From an uncultured candidate division Zixibacteria bacterium (GTDB taxonomy: Bacteria > Zixibacteria > MSB-5A5 > GN15 > FEB-12), in contig CAWDXE010000001.1 in assembly GCA_963806185.1 (NCBI GenBank), positions 320,001 through 384,000 on the forward strand: 64,000 bases of DNA, given 5' to 3'. Below are positions 1 to 9,703 of this stretch, one piece after another. A program made the translations under genes and the position numbers. The notes under the pieces are model-generated. The model ran no database searches. It was not told the DNA's origin and saw only the letters and a list, made by a program, of their open reading frames with translations. How positions within the stretch are numbered: the first letter of the stretch is position 1; every line of letters starts with the position of its first letter.

Positions 1-989
1 TTATTATCGTGGGCGGCTACTTGAGCAAAGACGCGCCAGCAGGCGGCGATTTCGAGGCGCTCTCTCTGCTTTTCAGCGGCGGCTAAGCCCTTTGTAGCGT
101 AATCAAGCGCTAGAGGTACGTTACCATCGGTAAACTCAAGGTCGGCACGCAACCGGCATACCTGCGAAACAAGAACCGAATCGACGGCGATTTCGCCGGC
201 CAGTGCCTCCGCTTGTCTTAGCGATTTGCGGGACCCAGGCAGGTCGCCGTTCAGGTACTGGACATAACCAAAAATCTCCAAGTGACGGAATCGCTCCCGC
301 CGTAACTCTGGGGGAAGTATCGAAGCTTCACGAACATGCCGCAATGCACTTTCAAAGTCGCCCAATTGCGCATAGATAAGGGCGCCGCGATGATGATAAT
401 TGTAGAGCGTGGCGCCCTTAAGCAGTCGCGCGGCACTTTCAGTACACTCGACGTACGACTTCAGGGTTTGGCGAAGTTCACCAGCACGAAGCTGATATGT
501 GACGAGATTCAATTTGACTGACAGCGCTTCGCCGCATTTGCCTAGATCGTCGAAAACTGACATAGAACGTGTCGCTTGTCGTTTCGCCAGTAGATAATCT
601 CCAAGCTGAAATGCAATATGCGAGGACAAGTTCAGGCTGCTTGCCATTCCTCGGAGATCGGTGATCGCTTTGTAAAACACAAAAGCTTCGTTAATCGACT
701 CTTCGGCCTCAGTCAATTCGCCTCGAATCAATTGAATTCGCGCGAGTAGGAACTTTGCCCATGGGAGCAGATCGCGGACCTGAAGAGTCCGAATGATCTG
801 CAACGCCTCGTCAACACTGGACGTGGAATAGTCGCCAGTAGCAACCAGGGCCTCAGCTCGGTAAAGGAGCGCCGAAGCCTTGATGTACTCGCTTTCAAAC
901 TCGCTGTTCTGTGTTTCAGCGAGAAGCTGACGAAACGCTTGTGCTTCCAGTAGCTTGCTCAACTGGTTCAGTGACGTTTGATTTAGCAT
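1..989 (-). CDS. TPR-repeat protein, 5' part only (runs off the window edge); possibly the N-terminus of a TPR-containing regulator
   Basis: Not in the ORF track because it has no stop in the window. Manual translation from ATG at 989 (preceded by CAGGGA) gives MLNQTSLNQLSKLLEAQ...ALLYRAEALVATGDY...LARIQLIRGELTEAEES...IAFQLGDYLLA...IYAQLGDFESALRH...VQYLNGDLPGSRKSLRQA. These are repeated TPR-like helix pairs, and the frame stays open to the window edge. Confidence 0.75.
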   Translation of the reverse strand, partial: MLNQTSLNQLSKLLEAQAFRQLLAETQNSEFESEYIKASALLYRAEALVATGDYSTSSVDEALQIIRTLQVRDLLPWAKFLLARIQLIRGELTEAEESINEAFVFYKAITDLRGMASSLNLSSHIAFQLGDYLLAKRQATRSMSVFDDLGKCGEALSVKLNLVTYQLRAGELRQTLKSYVECTESAARLLKGATLYNYHHRGALIYAQLGDFESALRHVREASILPPELRRERFRHLEIFGYVQYLNGDLPGSRKSLRQAEALAGEIAVDSVLVSQVCRLRADLEFTDGNVPLALDYATKGLAAAEKQRERLEIAACWRVFAQVAAHDN

Positions 990-1263
990 GAGGTTCCCTG
1001 TCAATCCTATCCAGTACCCACGTTTCGAAGCTAATCATTTGACAACAGCAGCTTACGAGAATCCCCGTGATCGGTCTCGGCGGTGTCCGAACGACGTCAA
1101 GCGGATCATCATCCGTCTCCCCACCAATGCCGCTCGCGGGTCGATACGTACTCCTATAATCCTTGGCTGATACTGTAGGTACCACCAGCAACGCGAAAAT
1201 CGCCACCATTCCTATGGCTATCCACTGCGTCGCCGTTTGCCAGAGTGCTCGCATTCGCTTCAT
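916..1263 (-). CDS. small protein (~115 aa) with N-terminal signal peptide; 3' end overlaps the TPR gene start
   Basis: ATG at 1263 preceded by GGAGTGAAAGGAAT. MKRMR + hydrophobic core IAIGMVAIFALLVVP + TVSA-K cleavage-like site. Confidence 0.6.
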   Translation of the reverse strand: MKRMRALWQTATQWIAIGMVAIFALLVVPTVSAKDYRSTYRPASGIGGETDDDPLDVVRTPPRPITGILVSCCCQMISFETWVLDRIDREPHAKSNVTEPVEQATGSTSVSSASR

Positions 1264-1831
1264 ATTCCTTTCACTCCTGTTACCTGATATCAACCCCGCG
1301 ACGTCTGCTTCGCCGCTGTTGGTTACATCAGTTGCCTATCGTCTCTATCAAACAATAGAGAAACTATCAGTGCTGATTGGGCTCGGCGAAAACGATTGCG
1401 CGTGCCTTCGCAACTGGTGTGAGAGGACAGCCTGAGAACGCGTGAGCCGGAATCTCCACGAGTCCCCGCCGGCCACCTGTCATGTATGAAAACATTACGA
1501 CCTAAGGCTATAATCTGTCAAGGGAAAAACGAAGAAAGGACGCTAAAAATGGAAATAGTTATCTCTAACTGATGGCATCAGTGTAGGGGTGAAATGACAC
1601 TGCGTGACAACAATTCGTCACTGCCAATTTTATCGTGAAGCATTACAATCGGTTGGCCATTTCTTGCCACCACACTCGCACAAATCGCTTCCTCGTCGGC
1701 CGCATCTGATCTGCCCCGGGCTGCTTCGGAAATGTTACTGTTACGCTCCGGAAAGGATGCGGATTCGTGCCGCCGATCTAGATTTAAGAGGCACTGTCTC
1801 AGGATGCAAATGATTGATGGGGAGAAGAAAA

Positions 1832-1919
1832 TGGCGGAGAGACTGGGATTCGAACCCAGGAGACGTTTCCGTCTACACGCTTTCCAGGCGTGCGCCTTCG
1901 ACCGCTCGGCCATCTCTCC
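1832..1919 (-). tRNA. tRNA-Ser (GGA)
   Basis: Reverse complement GGAGAGATGGCCGAGCGGTCGAAGGCGCACGCCTGGAAAGCGTGT...GGTTCGAATCCCAGTCTCTCCGCCA; long variable arm, encoded CCA. Confidence 0.97.
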
Positions 1920-1947
1920 GGTCATTCAATTGATCTGCCCGGGGTCC

Positions 1948-2381
1948 GGGCGCCACCCGAGGCTCGGGCGCCACCCGAGGCTCGGGCAGAGGCCTAATCT
2001 ATACGCCAGTATATCACCGGGCAAGCCGATTCTTGGATCCTACCCCTGGACCGCAAGGGTCCCGGGCTATTAAGAGAAGAAAACTGAAAGATCGCCACGG
2101 CTCGAAGACGAGCCTCGCGATGACATCGTGATGTTGGTTTACTTTCGGAGATGTCTGATTGGGCCCCCGCTCAAGGCGGGGGTGACATTGGGAAGGCGGG
2201 GGTGACATTTGAGGGATTATCCCAGCTTCGAGGTCACGGGTATTCCTGACCTATATGAAGAACCCTACCCCCGGGATCACAGGGGTCCCGGGCTACCAAG
2301 AGCAGAAGGTCCGTCTGATAGCCGATGTACCCGTTGCGCCCGTGTGGACCCATGGATTCCGGACCTGCGGTCCGGACTGAC
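1948..2381. repeat. mosaic of short palindromic (REP-like) elements
   Basis: 18-bp unit GGGCGCCACCCGAGGCTC x2 (1948-1983); related ACCCC..GG...GGGTCCCGGGCTA hairpins at ~2041-2068 and ~2266-2296; AGATCGCCACGGCTCG..CGAGCCTCGCGATGAC at 2089-2124; GGCGGGGGTGACATT x2 at 2160-2209; GGATTCCGGACCTGCGGTCCGGACTGACA at ~2352-2381. Confidence 0.7.
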
Positions 2382-2397
2382 AATGGATAAGTCCCGC

Positions 2398-3366
2398 TTA
2401 ACCTTGTTCGGTGTCGGAGGAAGGTTCGGGGTCGCCGAAATACAGAAAGCGCTCCAGCAATTTCACGTACTCCGACCAGCCGGTATTGTGATGTTTGGTC
2501 CGGATACGATCAATCGCCCCCATCTTGGCGTCGATCTCATCGCAATAATACAACACAAACGCCTCCGGCATCTGCGGCAAGACGGGTGTCGCGTTTTCAT
2601 ACTCTCCCTGATGCGACAATACCATGTGGCGGAGTTTCATCAGTAATCTTGGCGGGAAATTCTCGATCTTAGCCGCTCGCTCGCAGACCCATTGATCGGC
2701 CACACAAATATGGCCGACCAGCCGACCCTCGTCACTGTAGTCGATCATCGTCTCGATCGAATACCCCGCCAGCTTGCCGGCGTCGTGAAAAAGTCCGCCA
2801 AATATCAGATAATCCTTGTTGAGCCAATCGTACCCCAGTGCCACCCGCAAGGCCAGTTCGGCCACATTGGCAGAATGTTCCGACAAGCCACCGATAAAGG
2901 CGTGGTGCCAGAGTTTGCCGGCGGGGGCAGTCAGGAATTGGCTCATGAACGAAGGGTCGTTCCAGAACGATTCGGCCAGCGTCCGAATGTAGGTGTTTTC
3001 AATCTTTTCGGTCACCGCCAGCAGGCGGGCCTTGCGCTGTTCATCAGTCTGCGACGAACTGGGCAGCAACTGCGTGAGGGTGTACTCATCGGGCTGGGCC
3101 GGGCGGATGCGCATCACATTGATCTGCCGGCGGCCGTTATATTCACCAACCGCCCCCCGTACTTTCACCACCTGACCCTCGGTCATCTCCGTCAATGACC
3201 ATTGGTCCGGCTCCCACATGACGGCGTTCACCCGGCCCGAGGCTTCCCCCAGTTCCAGTGACAGGAATTGCCCACGGGTGTAGGCGCGAATATCTTTTTT
3301 GCGGACGACGAAGAATCGTTCGATTTTGTCGTCAACGGTGAGGTCTTTGATCGGTTTCTGATCCAT
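2398..3366 (-). CDS. yhaM: OB-fold + HD-domain 3'-5' exoribonuclease (YhaM/Cbf1 family)
   Basis: N-terminal OB fold, HHAFIGGLSEH, FHDAGK, GRLVGHI, HMVLSHQG and DEIDAK motifs; RBS GGAGG before the ATG at 3366. Confidence 0.9.
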   Translation of the reverse strand: MDQKPIKDLTVDDKIERFFVVRKKDIRAYTRGQFLSLELGEASGRVNAVMWEPDQWSLTEMTEGQVVKVRGAVGEYNGRRQINVMRIRPAQPDEYTLTQLLPSSSQTDEQRKARLLAVTEKIENTYIRTLAESFWNDPSFMSQFLTAPAGKLWHHAFIGGLSEHSANVAELALRVALGYDWLNKDYLIFGGLFHDAGKLAGYSIETMIDYSDEGRLVGHICVADQWVCERAAKIENFPPRLLMKLRHMVLSHQGEYENATPVLPQMPEAFVLYYCDEIDAKMGAIDRIRTKHHNTGWSEYVKLLERFLYFGDPEPSSDTEQG

Positions 3367-3491
3367 GGGATAGGTCCTCCCTCGAATGTCTGCAGGCAAT
3401 ATAATGGGAATTCCCCGCTATTCAAGTGGGTGGTGGGGCCGGGATATTGAAGTTGCCCGGCTTTGTATAAGTCATATATTGGCCTAATCTT

Positions 3492-4820
3492 ATGAAGATC
3501 CTGCAGCGCTACATCCTCAGAGAACACATTGCGCCGTTTTTCTTTGCCTTCTTTACGGTCACTTTTCTGCTCATTGTTGACACTATCCCCCGCATCATCG
3601 ATCACGTGATTGACAAGGATCTGAGTATCTTGGTCGTGCTGGAACTGGTCTGGCTCAATCTGGCGTGGATGATGGCGCTGTCGGTACCGATGGCCGTGCT
3701 GGTGGCGACCCTCATGGCGTTTGGGCGGCTGAGCAGCGATTTTGAGATCACCGCCATCAAAGCGTCGGGCATCAATCTCCTGCACATCATTATCCCTCTG
3801 CTCATTGCCGGCGGGGTGATCACGTTTGGCATGATTCAATTCAACGACAAGGTCCTGCCGGACATGAACAAGAAGTGGCGGCTGTTGTGGGGCGATATTT
3901 CAGCCATGCGACCGACGATGATCTTTCGGTCGAACGCGTTTATTACCGACATCCCGGGGTACATCATTCTGATTGATGACATCAATCATACAACCTCGGA
4001 AGTGCGCGGCGTGCGCATCAACGACACCCGGATGCCAAACAAGCCGCGCATCATTGTGGCTGACCATGGTTTGCTCAAATCGACCGACAACGGCCGCAAC
4101 ATGCAGTTCACGCTGTACGACGGTGAAGTTCACACGCTCGATCTGGCCGAACCGGACAACTATCGCAAAGTGCAGTTTGAGAACCAGGTGATCAATATCG
4201 AGGGGACAGCATCCGAGCTGGTGCGGACCGAATCGGAGACGCGGACGGATCGCGAAAAGGGGATTGACGAAATGCGACAGGATGTCGCGCAGTCGAAGGC
4301 CTCGATGCAATCGGCCCAGGAACGGATCATGACTAACTTTGACAGCCGAGCGGCGTACCTGTTTGCGGACACGTTCGCGTACAACCTGAAGCGCGATACC
4401 ATTTCCGATTCGGCGGCCCTGGCGCTGGTGCGGCAGGATTGCGACGTATTCCTGCGGCATATTGAACGAAATTACCAGCAAATAGATGCCCAGAAGCAAC
4501 AGCGGGACAAATTTCAGATCGAGATCTACAAGAAATACTCGATACCGGCGGCTTCGCTGGCGTTCATCCTGATAGGCGCGCCGCTGGGAATGATGACCCG
4601 GCGATCAGGGATGGGGGTGGCGATCGCCGTTTCGATAATCCTGTTCCTGGTCTACTGGGCATTCTTGATCGGCGGTGAGGATTTGGCCGATCGCGGGCTG
4701 GTGGAGCCGTTCTGGGCGATGTGGAGCGCCAATATTCTAATGGGCGCGATCGGGCTGTATCTCATTTATGTGGTCGTCACGGAGAAGCCGCTCTTCTCCT
4801 GGTTTCGAAGTCAGGCTTAG
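3492..4820 (+). CDS. lptF: LPS export ABC permease LptF
   Basis: ILQRYILRE start, GRLSSDFEITAIKASGI motif, YjgP/YjgQ topology, tandem with a paralog. Confidence 0.88.
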   Translation: MKILQRYILREHIAPFFFAFFTVTFLLIVDTIPRIIDHVIDKDLSILVVLELVWLNLAWMMALSVPMAVLVATLMAFGRLSSDFEITAIKASGINLLHIIIPLLIAGGVITFGMIQFNDKVLPDMNKKWRLLWGDISAMRPTMIFRSNAFITDIPGYIILIDDINHTTSEVRGVRINDTRMPNKPRIIVADHGLLKSTDNGRNMQFTLYDGEVHTLDLAEPDNYRKVQFENQVINIEGTASELVRTESETRTDREKGIDEMRQDVAQSKASMQSAQERIMTNFDSRAAYLFADTFAYNLKRDTISDSAALALVRQDCDVFLRHIERNYQQIDAQKQQRDKFQIEIYKKYSIPAASLAFILIGAPLGMMTRRSGMGVAIAVSIILFLVYWAFLIGGEDLADRGLVEPFWAMWSANILMGAIGLYLIYVVVTEKPLFSWFRSQA

Positions 4821-4825
4821 CACCC

Positions 4826-5908
4826 ATGTTGAAGACACTTGATCGATATCTGCTTCGCAATTTCCTGCAGTCGTTGTTTGTCGTGCTGCTGGCGGTCGGT
4901 CTGACGTTCATCGTCGTCAACATGGTTGAGCAGCTGCAGGACTTTGTCGATCACAAAGTGCCGTTCCTGAGCATACTCGAGTATTACCTCTACTTCGGCG
5001 GCTGGGTGATCTACCGCTTCTTTCCGCTCTTTGTGCTGCTGGCGGCCTTGTTCAGCATTTCCATTCTGGCTCGCCGTCGCGAAATTCTGGCGATGAAGGC
5101 CTCGGGGTTGTCCCTCTACCGGATAGGAGCGCCGATCATCGTCATGTCCGTCCTGCTCTCGGTGGGGCATTTCTATTACAGTGAATACCTGTTTCCGCCG
5201 GCAAATCAACGCCGCCTGGAACTCAAGGAATATACCATTGAGAATCGAGCGCGCACGGCAGCGGCGATTACCCGCGACGTGCGGAGGCAGATCAACCCGA
5301 ATGATTTCTATACAATTGCCATGTTCAATTCCGACCGGAAAGAAGGTCAGGATTTCAAACTGTACCGGACGAAGAGCAATCAACTGGCGGAGTTCGTTTC
5401 CGCCGGGCGGGTCAGTTATCAGGACAACCGCTGGGTGCTTCACACGGGAATTGTCCGCACCTTTGTGGACACGCTGGAGACCGCGTATCAGAAATTCGAT
5501 TCGCTCGTTGTCCCGGACATCGAGGATCGTCCGGAAGAACTTGCCCAGCGGCTCGGCGATCCGGCCGACATGGGACTTGAGGACCTGAAGCGATACATCG
5601 CCCTGATGAAACGCACAGGCGGGCCGTACTTGCGCGAAACGGTTGATCTCAAACTCAAGTACTCGTACCCGTTTGCGTCGTTCATCGTTGTATTGATAGC
5701 CATTCCGTTCGCTTCCAACCCCCGGCGCGGGGGCGTGGCGGTCTCGTTTGCCGTAGGAGCGTTGATTGCCCTGACGTATTTCGTTTTGTTCCGAGTCATG
5801 CAGGCGGCCGGGTACAACGAGAAGGTGCCGATAGAAATGGCCGTATGGGGAGTGAACGGCCTGTACTTTTTGATTGGACTGATACTGATGCTACGAGCGA
5901 GGAAGTAA
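4826..5908 (+). CDS. lptG: LPS export ABC permease LptG
   Basis: LDRYLLRNF start, REILAMKASGLS motif, follows lptF. Confidence 0.88.
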   Translation: MLKTLDRYLLRNFLQSLFVVLLAVGLTFIVVNMVEQLQDFVDHKVPFLSILEYYLYFGGWVIYRFFPLFVLLAALFSISILARRREILAMKASGLSLYRIGAPIIVMSVLLSVGHFYYSEYLFPPANQRRLELKEYTIENRARTAAAITRDVRRQINPNDFYTIAMFNSDRKEGQDFKLYRTKSNQLAEFVSAGRVSYQDNRWVLHTGIVRTFVDTLETAYQKFDSLVVPDIEDRPEELAQRLGDPADMGLEDLKRYIALMKRTGGPYLRETVDLKLKYSYPFASFIVVLIAIPFASNPRRGGVAVSFAVGALIALTYFVLFRVMQAAGYNEKVPIEMAVWGVNGLYFLIGLILMLRARK

Positions 5909-6687
5909 TGCCACATCCAGATCACGAGAGGAATCGCGCGACGTGGAACCGGATGGTCGAGATTCACTACGATCACCCGGATTACCGCAAGAAAGAGTTT
6001 CTGGCCGGACTTTCCAAATTGACTCCCATTGAGCGGGAGGCGCTGGGTGACGTGCGCGGCAAGACTCTGCTGCACCTGCAGTGTCAGTTCGGGATGGACA
6101 CGTTGTCATGGGCGCGTGAGGGAGCGATTGTCACCGGCGTGGACATAAGTGATACATCGATTGCCTACGCTGAACGCCTCAAGGAAGAATCGGGCCTGAA
6201 GGGTGATTTTTTTCGCAGCGACGTGCTTGATTTGATCGGTGTCATTCCGCGAAAATTCGACATTGTCTTTCAATCCTACGGCACGTACATGTGGCTCTGC
6301 GATATCCGCAAGTGGGCGGAGGTAGTGGCACACTATCTGAATCCCGGCGGTACTTTCTTTATTGTCGACGAACACCCGATCAACAGCTTGTTCATTGAGC
6401 CTCGGCGAAGCTACTTCCACCAGGGACCGGATCGCGATCCAAACGCACCCGATTACTGCAATCGGAATATCCGGGTAGGTGAACACGTTGAATGGCAGCA
6501 TCCATTGTCGTCCATCATTAACGCCCTGATTGACGCGGGCCTGGAAATCCAGCATATGGGAGAATACAACAAAGGGTACTATGCCCAGGACGAGACGTGG
6601 ACGAAAGCCGAGGACGGTTTCTACTACCCTCCGTCGGGCCCGCTTGACTACCCATACCTTTTTTCGATTAAGGCGCGCAAAAAATGA
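5908..6687 (+). CDS. class I SAM-dependent methyltransferase
   Basis: LLHLQCQFGMDT, VTGVDIS and YLNPGGTF motifs; TAATG stop/start overlap with lptG. Confidence 0.88.
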   Translation: MPHPDHERNRATWNRMVEIHYDHPDYRKKEFLAGLSKLTPIEREALGDVRGKTLLHLQCQFGMDTLSWAREGAIVTGVDISDTSIAYAERLKEESGLKGDFFRSDVLDLIGVIPRKFDIVFQSYGTYMWLCDIRKWAEVVAHYLNPGGTFFIVDEHPINSLFIEPRRSYFHQGPDRDPNAPDYCNRNIRVGEHVEWQHPLSSIINALIDAGLEIQHMGEYNKGYYAQDETWTKAEDGFYYPPSGPLDYPYLFSIKARKK

Positions 6688-6734
6688 ACGCCGTCCCATT
6701 CCGGCGACGGCGCTCGTAGTTCTCTGATTCACCG

Positions 6735-8018
6735 TCAGCGGTTCGTAATCGACTGATCGAGCACATCGGTCAAGCGATTATAATCAGGTGCCGGAGATGC
6801 AGTTCGAGATACTTCAGGCATGTTTCCGATCTTTGAACCCTCGATGCTCTCGGTCCCACGCATGAGGGTGATCCGTCTGGTGGTAAGGTCGTGCTCGAAC
6901 AGGAGCTTGCCCACCTCGCCCTCGTACCAATTCGCCTTTCGCAGACGTTCGAGGCTTTCGTCCATCAGGGCATCGATAGCCGGGAGATCAGTAAGCGCCA
7001 CGTGCATCATCCGACGGGCGTAATGGGCGCGGGTCCGTTCGAAGAACCGACTGGATTCATCCTTGGTCGATCGATTGGCGGCCAGGGCAATGATCAGGAC
7101 CATGAAATCGACGGCACAGGCAAAGAGCAGCGCAAACCAGCTCAGGCCATCCATATCCTTCAGGTCGTTGATGACCAGCATCATCGCTTCTTGACCGGTC
7201 GCAGCTGATTCGAGATACCCGATAGAGAGCGGGGCTACGGGAAGGTTGGGTAGAGCACCGGCGTTTATGGCGGCGTACTGTGCCAGGGGGAAGTAGACGC
7301 GCGCATGATTCACCATGGCATACTGATCGCTGACCGACACGGTTGTATTCATCGCCAGGCTGGTCGAGTCGATCTTGGCCAGGTATTCGCTAAGGGCTGC
7401 CACATTCGCGTTCACCTGCTGCTGCCAGCTCGTGAGATAGTTGGCGATGATTCCCCGGCCGGCTCCCTGTCGATAATCGCCGCCTTCATTGGCTTCCCAC
7501 GACGCAACCGTTCGACGAGCACCGTTGATGATCTCCTGAACGAACTTGTCGTTGGAACCCTCGTCGACCACTGTCGCCCACCCTTTGGTTTCCTCCAAGT
7601 CAAGCAGGTCGGCGATCCGTTCGCTCTGATACGCACCCTGAAAGAGAGCTTTCCTGGTGAGGTCAGCATATTCGAGGAGGACGGGCTTGGCAACAGTCAG
7701 GTAATCCGACCTGACCTTGGACACCCGAGTGCCGGACTTCAACGCCGTGTTAAAATTGGCATACGAAAAGAAGATGGAAAAGGCGGCGGCAATCGTAAAG
7801 ACTGTGATATATGCAGTTCGGTGGCCCTGGATGCGCATCACGTTCCAGGCGATGCCAAGCATAGCGGCTTGTAACCCGAGGGCTCCAATGGCCGCCAGAG
7901 GCCAGTCGAGGAGAATGGTCAATCCCGAGAACGTGGTGAAGAATGAGAGTGCCGACAATAGGAAGATACCGCTGAAGATCATGACTGAGGTCATGCCGGG
8001 ATTCTGATGCCGTGCCAT
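6735..8018 (-). CDS. hypothetical membrane protein (3 N-terminal TM, large helical soluble region, further TM, C-terminal tail)
   Basis: Long ORF; RBS GGAGGG before the ATG at 8018; hydrophobic segments visible in the translation. Confidence 0.7.
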   Translation of the reverse strand: MARHQNPGMTSVMIFSGIFLLSALSFFTTFSGLTILLDWPLAAIGALGLQAAMLGIAWNVMRIQGHRTAYITVFTIAAAFSIFFSYANFNTALKSGTRVSKVRSDYLTVAKPVLLEYADLTRKALFQGAYQSERIADLLDLEETKGWATVVDEGSNDKFVQEIINGARRTVASWEANEGGDYRQGAGRGIIANYLTSWQQQVNANVAALSEYLAKIDSTSLAMNTTVSVSDQYAMVNHARVYFPLAQYAAINAGALPNLPVAPLSIGYLESAATGQEAMMLVINDLKDMDGLSWFALLFACAVDFMVLIIALAANRSTKDESSRFFERTRAHYARRMMHVALTDLPAIDALMDESLERLRKANWYEGEVGKLLFEHDLTTRRITLMRGTESIEGSKIGNMPEVSRTASPAPDYNRLTDVLDQSITNR

Positions 8019-8127
8019 GTTTTCGCCCCTCCGTAATCTGTTATCGATTCGTTGCCCCCTGGCCCTTATCTGTCTGTATCGACCGACCAACGGTTCTTTG
8101 CACTCGAATCAGCAAGGCCGCTGACCC

Positions 8128-9507
8128 TCATAGCGAATAGCTGCAACCGAGCGCCAGCGAGAGCCGGCCGTCGGTCGGCTCACCGTTGCCGCCCAAAAAC
8201 CCTTCGTCGCTGGAGAGCAAGTACTTGCCTTCCAGCCGAAAGCGAAATCCGTCCGCAGGGGAGTAGCACGGCGCCAAGGTGAAGCCGTGGATCGCTTGTC
8301 CCAGGTCCGTTTGAAGGCCGTGGACATCGTCGAGATAGTCGTAGCGAAAGACGATTGCAGTTGCCTTCGAAAGCGCAATTTCATTCGTTATCAGCCCGCC
8401 ACGCCATCGGGCAGTGCCGTTGTTTCCGAGCATCCCGCTTTCCTGGCCGAATTGCACCTCTCCCCCGACCATCCATGAGGCTGTCGGCGTCGCGGTAAAA
8501 TCGAGGTCAAATACAGTCCGTTGCGATGATACGTTATCATCCTGTTCCGGACCGTGGATCACGCTCATCCCCAAGTCGAGCCATTCGGCACGCGAATAGC
8601 CGAGACGACCGCCGACGGTCTTGTCGCGATTGTTGTCACGATTGACGTCCCAGCCGTTGGCGACAAAGGCAGCGAGACTGAATTCGCCTGTAGGCTGCAC
8701 GTCGATGGCCAAGCCGGTCAGATTTCCCGGGAGGCAGTTCGAAATGCCGGCATAGGACACCTGATACATTTGCGGCGCGTCCATGCCTTCCCACCCAATC
8801 GGAGAATTGAATTTCCCCAATGACAGCACGACTGTCCGACCCTCGTCGAGGGCAAGAGAGAGATACCCCTGCTCAAGATCGAAGTCGAATTCGCCGTCGC
8901 CGTTGGACACGCACTCAACCTCGGCCAAAAATGACGCCGGGCCTTCTTCCCCACCTGATATATCCAACTCAGCCTGATCGATTCCGAAATCGGATCTGGA
9001 GGGGCCGTCGTCAGCCACACCGCTCGCAGCTACAAAGCCGCGTAAAATGATCCCCGCGAGTGGCTGTCCAACATTCGCCGATGCCACCAGGTCCCCATGG
9101 GCGACCGGCATGGCCATTTCATCGTCCAGCGACGCGAGTTGCGGCGAGACCTCACCCATTCGGGACAGGAGTCGTTCGCTCTCGCTCTTGAGCAATTCAA
9201 TATCAGCTTGCAGATCGGCCATTACCGCTTGAGACAATTGGAGTGAGTCGACAGCATATGCCAGCAAAGCAACCTGTTCGCATAAGAATTCGACGTCAGC
9301 CCGAAGTACGTCCAGCTCACGAGCAGAATGAGCCGCGCAGGGTGATAGACTGTCAGTTTTGGCAGTAGCAGGCGGCGTCGCCAGTTCATCCAAACGAGCC
9401 TGCACACAGGCAACGGCTTCCTGAATACTCTGTATTGAGCCCGAGGCGGCCGCAGCCGGTCGAGAAAAGCTCAACAATATTAAGACAACAACGATTCCTT
9501 GTGGCAT
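8128..9507 (-). CDS. outer-membrane beta-barrel porin (DUF1597-like) with N-terminal coiled coil
   Basis: Signal peptide, heptad region, DLEQGYL, LGKFNSPIGWE and ANGWD..RDNNRDKTVGGR porin-type motifs, C-terminal YSL. Confidence 0.75.
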   Translation of the reverse strand: MPQGIVVVLILLSFSRPAAAASGSIQSIQEAVACVQARLDELATPPATAKTDSLSPCAAHSARELDVLRADVEFLCEQVALLAYAVDSLQLSQAVMADLQADIELLKSESERLLSRMGEVSPQLASLDDEMAMPVAHGDLVASANVGQPLAGIILRGFVAASGVADDGPSRSDFGIDQAELDISGGEEGPASFLAEVECVSNGDGEFDFDLEQGYLSLALDEGRTVVLSLGKFNSPIGWEGMDAPQMYQVSYAGISNCLPGNLTGLAIDVQPTGEFSLAAFVANGWDVNRDNNRDKTVGGRLGYSRAEWLDLGMSVIHGPEQDDNVSSQRTVFDLDFTATPTASWMVGGEVQFGQESGMLGNNGTARWRGGLITNEIALSKATAIVFRYDYLDDVHGLQTDLGQAIHGFTLAPCYSPADGFRFRLEGKYLLSSDEGFLGGNGEPTDGRLSLALGCSYSL

Positions 9508-9664
9508 GACTCCGGCCCCTGGACTTGCTTTCGTAATGTGACCACGGCCTTTTCCATATTGTGTCGGCGACCGGGAGCACCACATTAGTCGTCCGGGGAC
9601 AACTCTTGCCGGCCGGGGGACGTTGTGCTACGACTGAACAGCAGTCTCTCCGTTCAATTCCAAT

Positions 9665-9703
9665 TTGCATGATGAATGGGCGGGGACTATACTAAAGGCT
9701 ATG
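9665..9703 (+). promoter_or_regulatory. sigma70-type promoter directly before the start codon (likely leaderless)
   Basis: TTGCAT-N17-TATACT, then 7 nt, then the ATG at 9701; no Shine-Dalgarno in between. Confidence 0.6.

Noticed and set aside
1650..1670. Sigma54 promoter TTGGCCATTTCTTGC
   Set aside because: The GG-to-GC spacing is 9 nt rather than the required 10.
1578..2073. ORFs 1578-1925 and 1732-2073
   Set aside because: They are translations across tRNA-Ser and repeats.
1948..2381. Repeats as a CRISPR array
   Set aside because: The units are heterogeneous, have no regular unique spacers, and there are no cas genes in the window.
9510..9660. Riboswitch in the porin leader (GGAGAGA..., glycine-like)
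   Set aside because: The remaining conserved aptamer motifs are absent.
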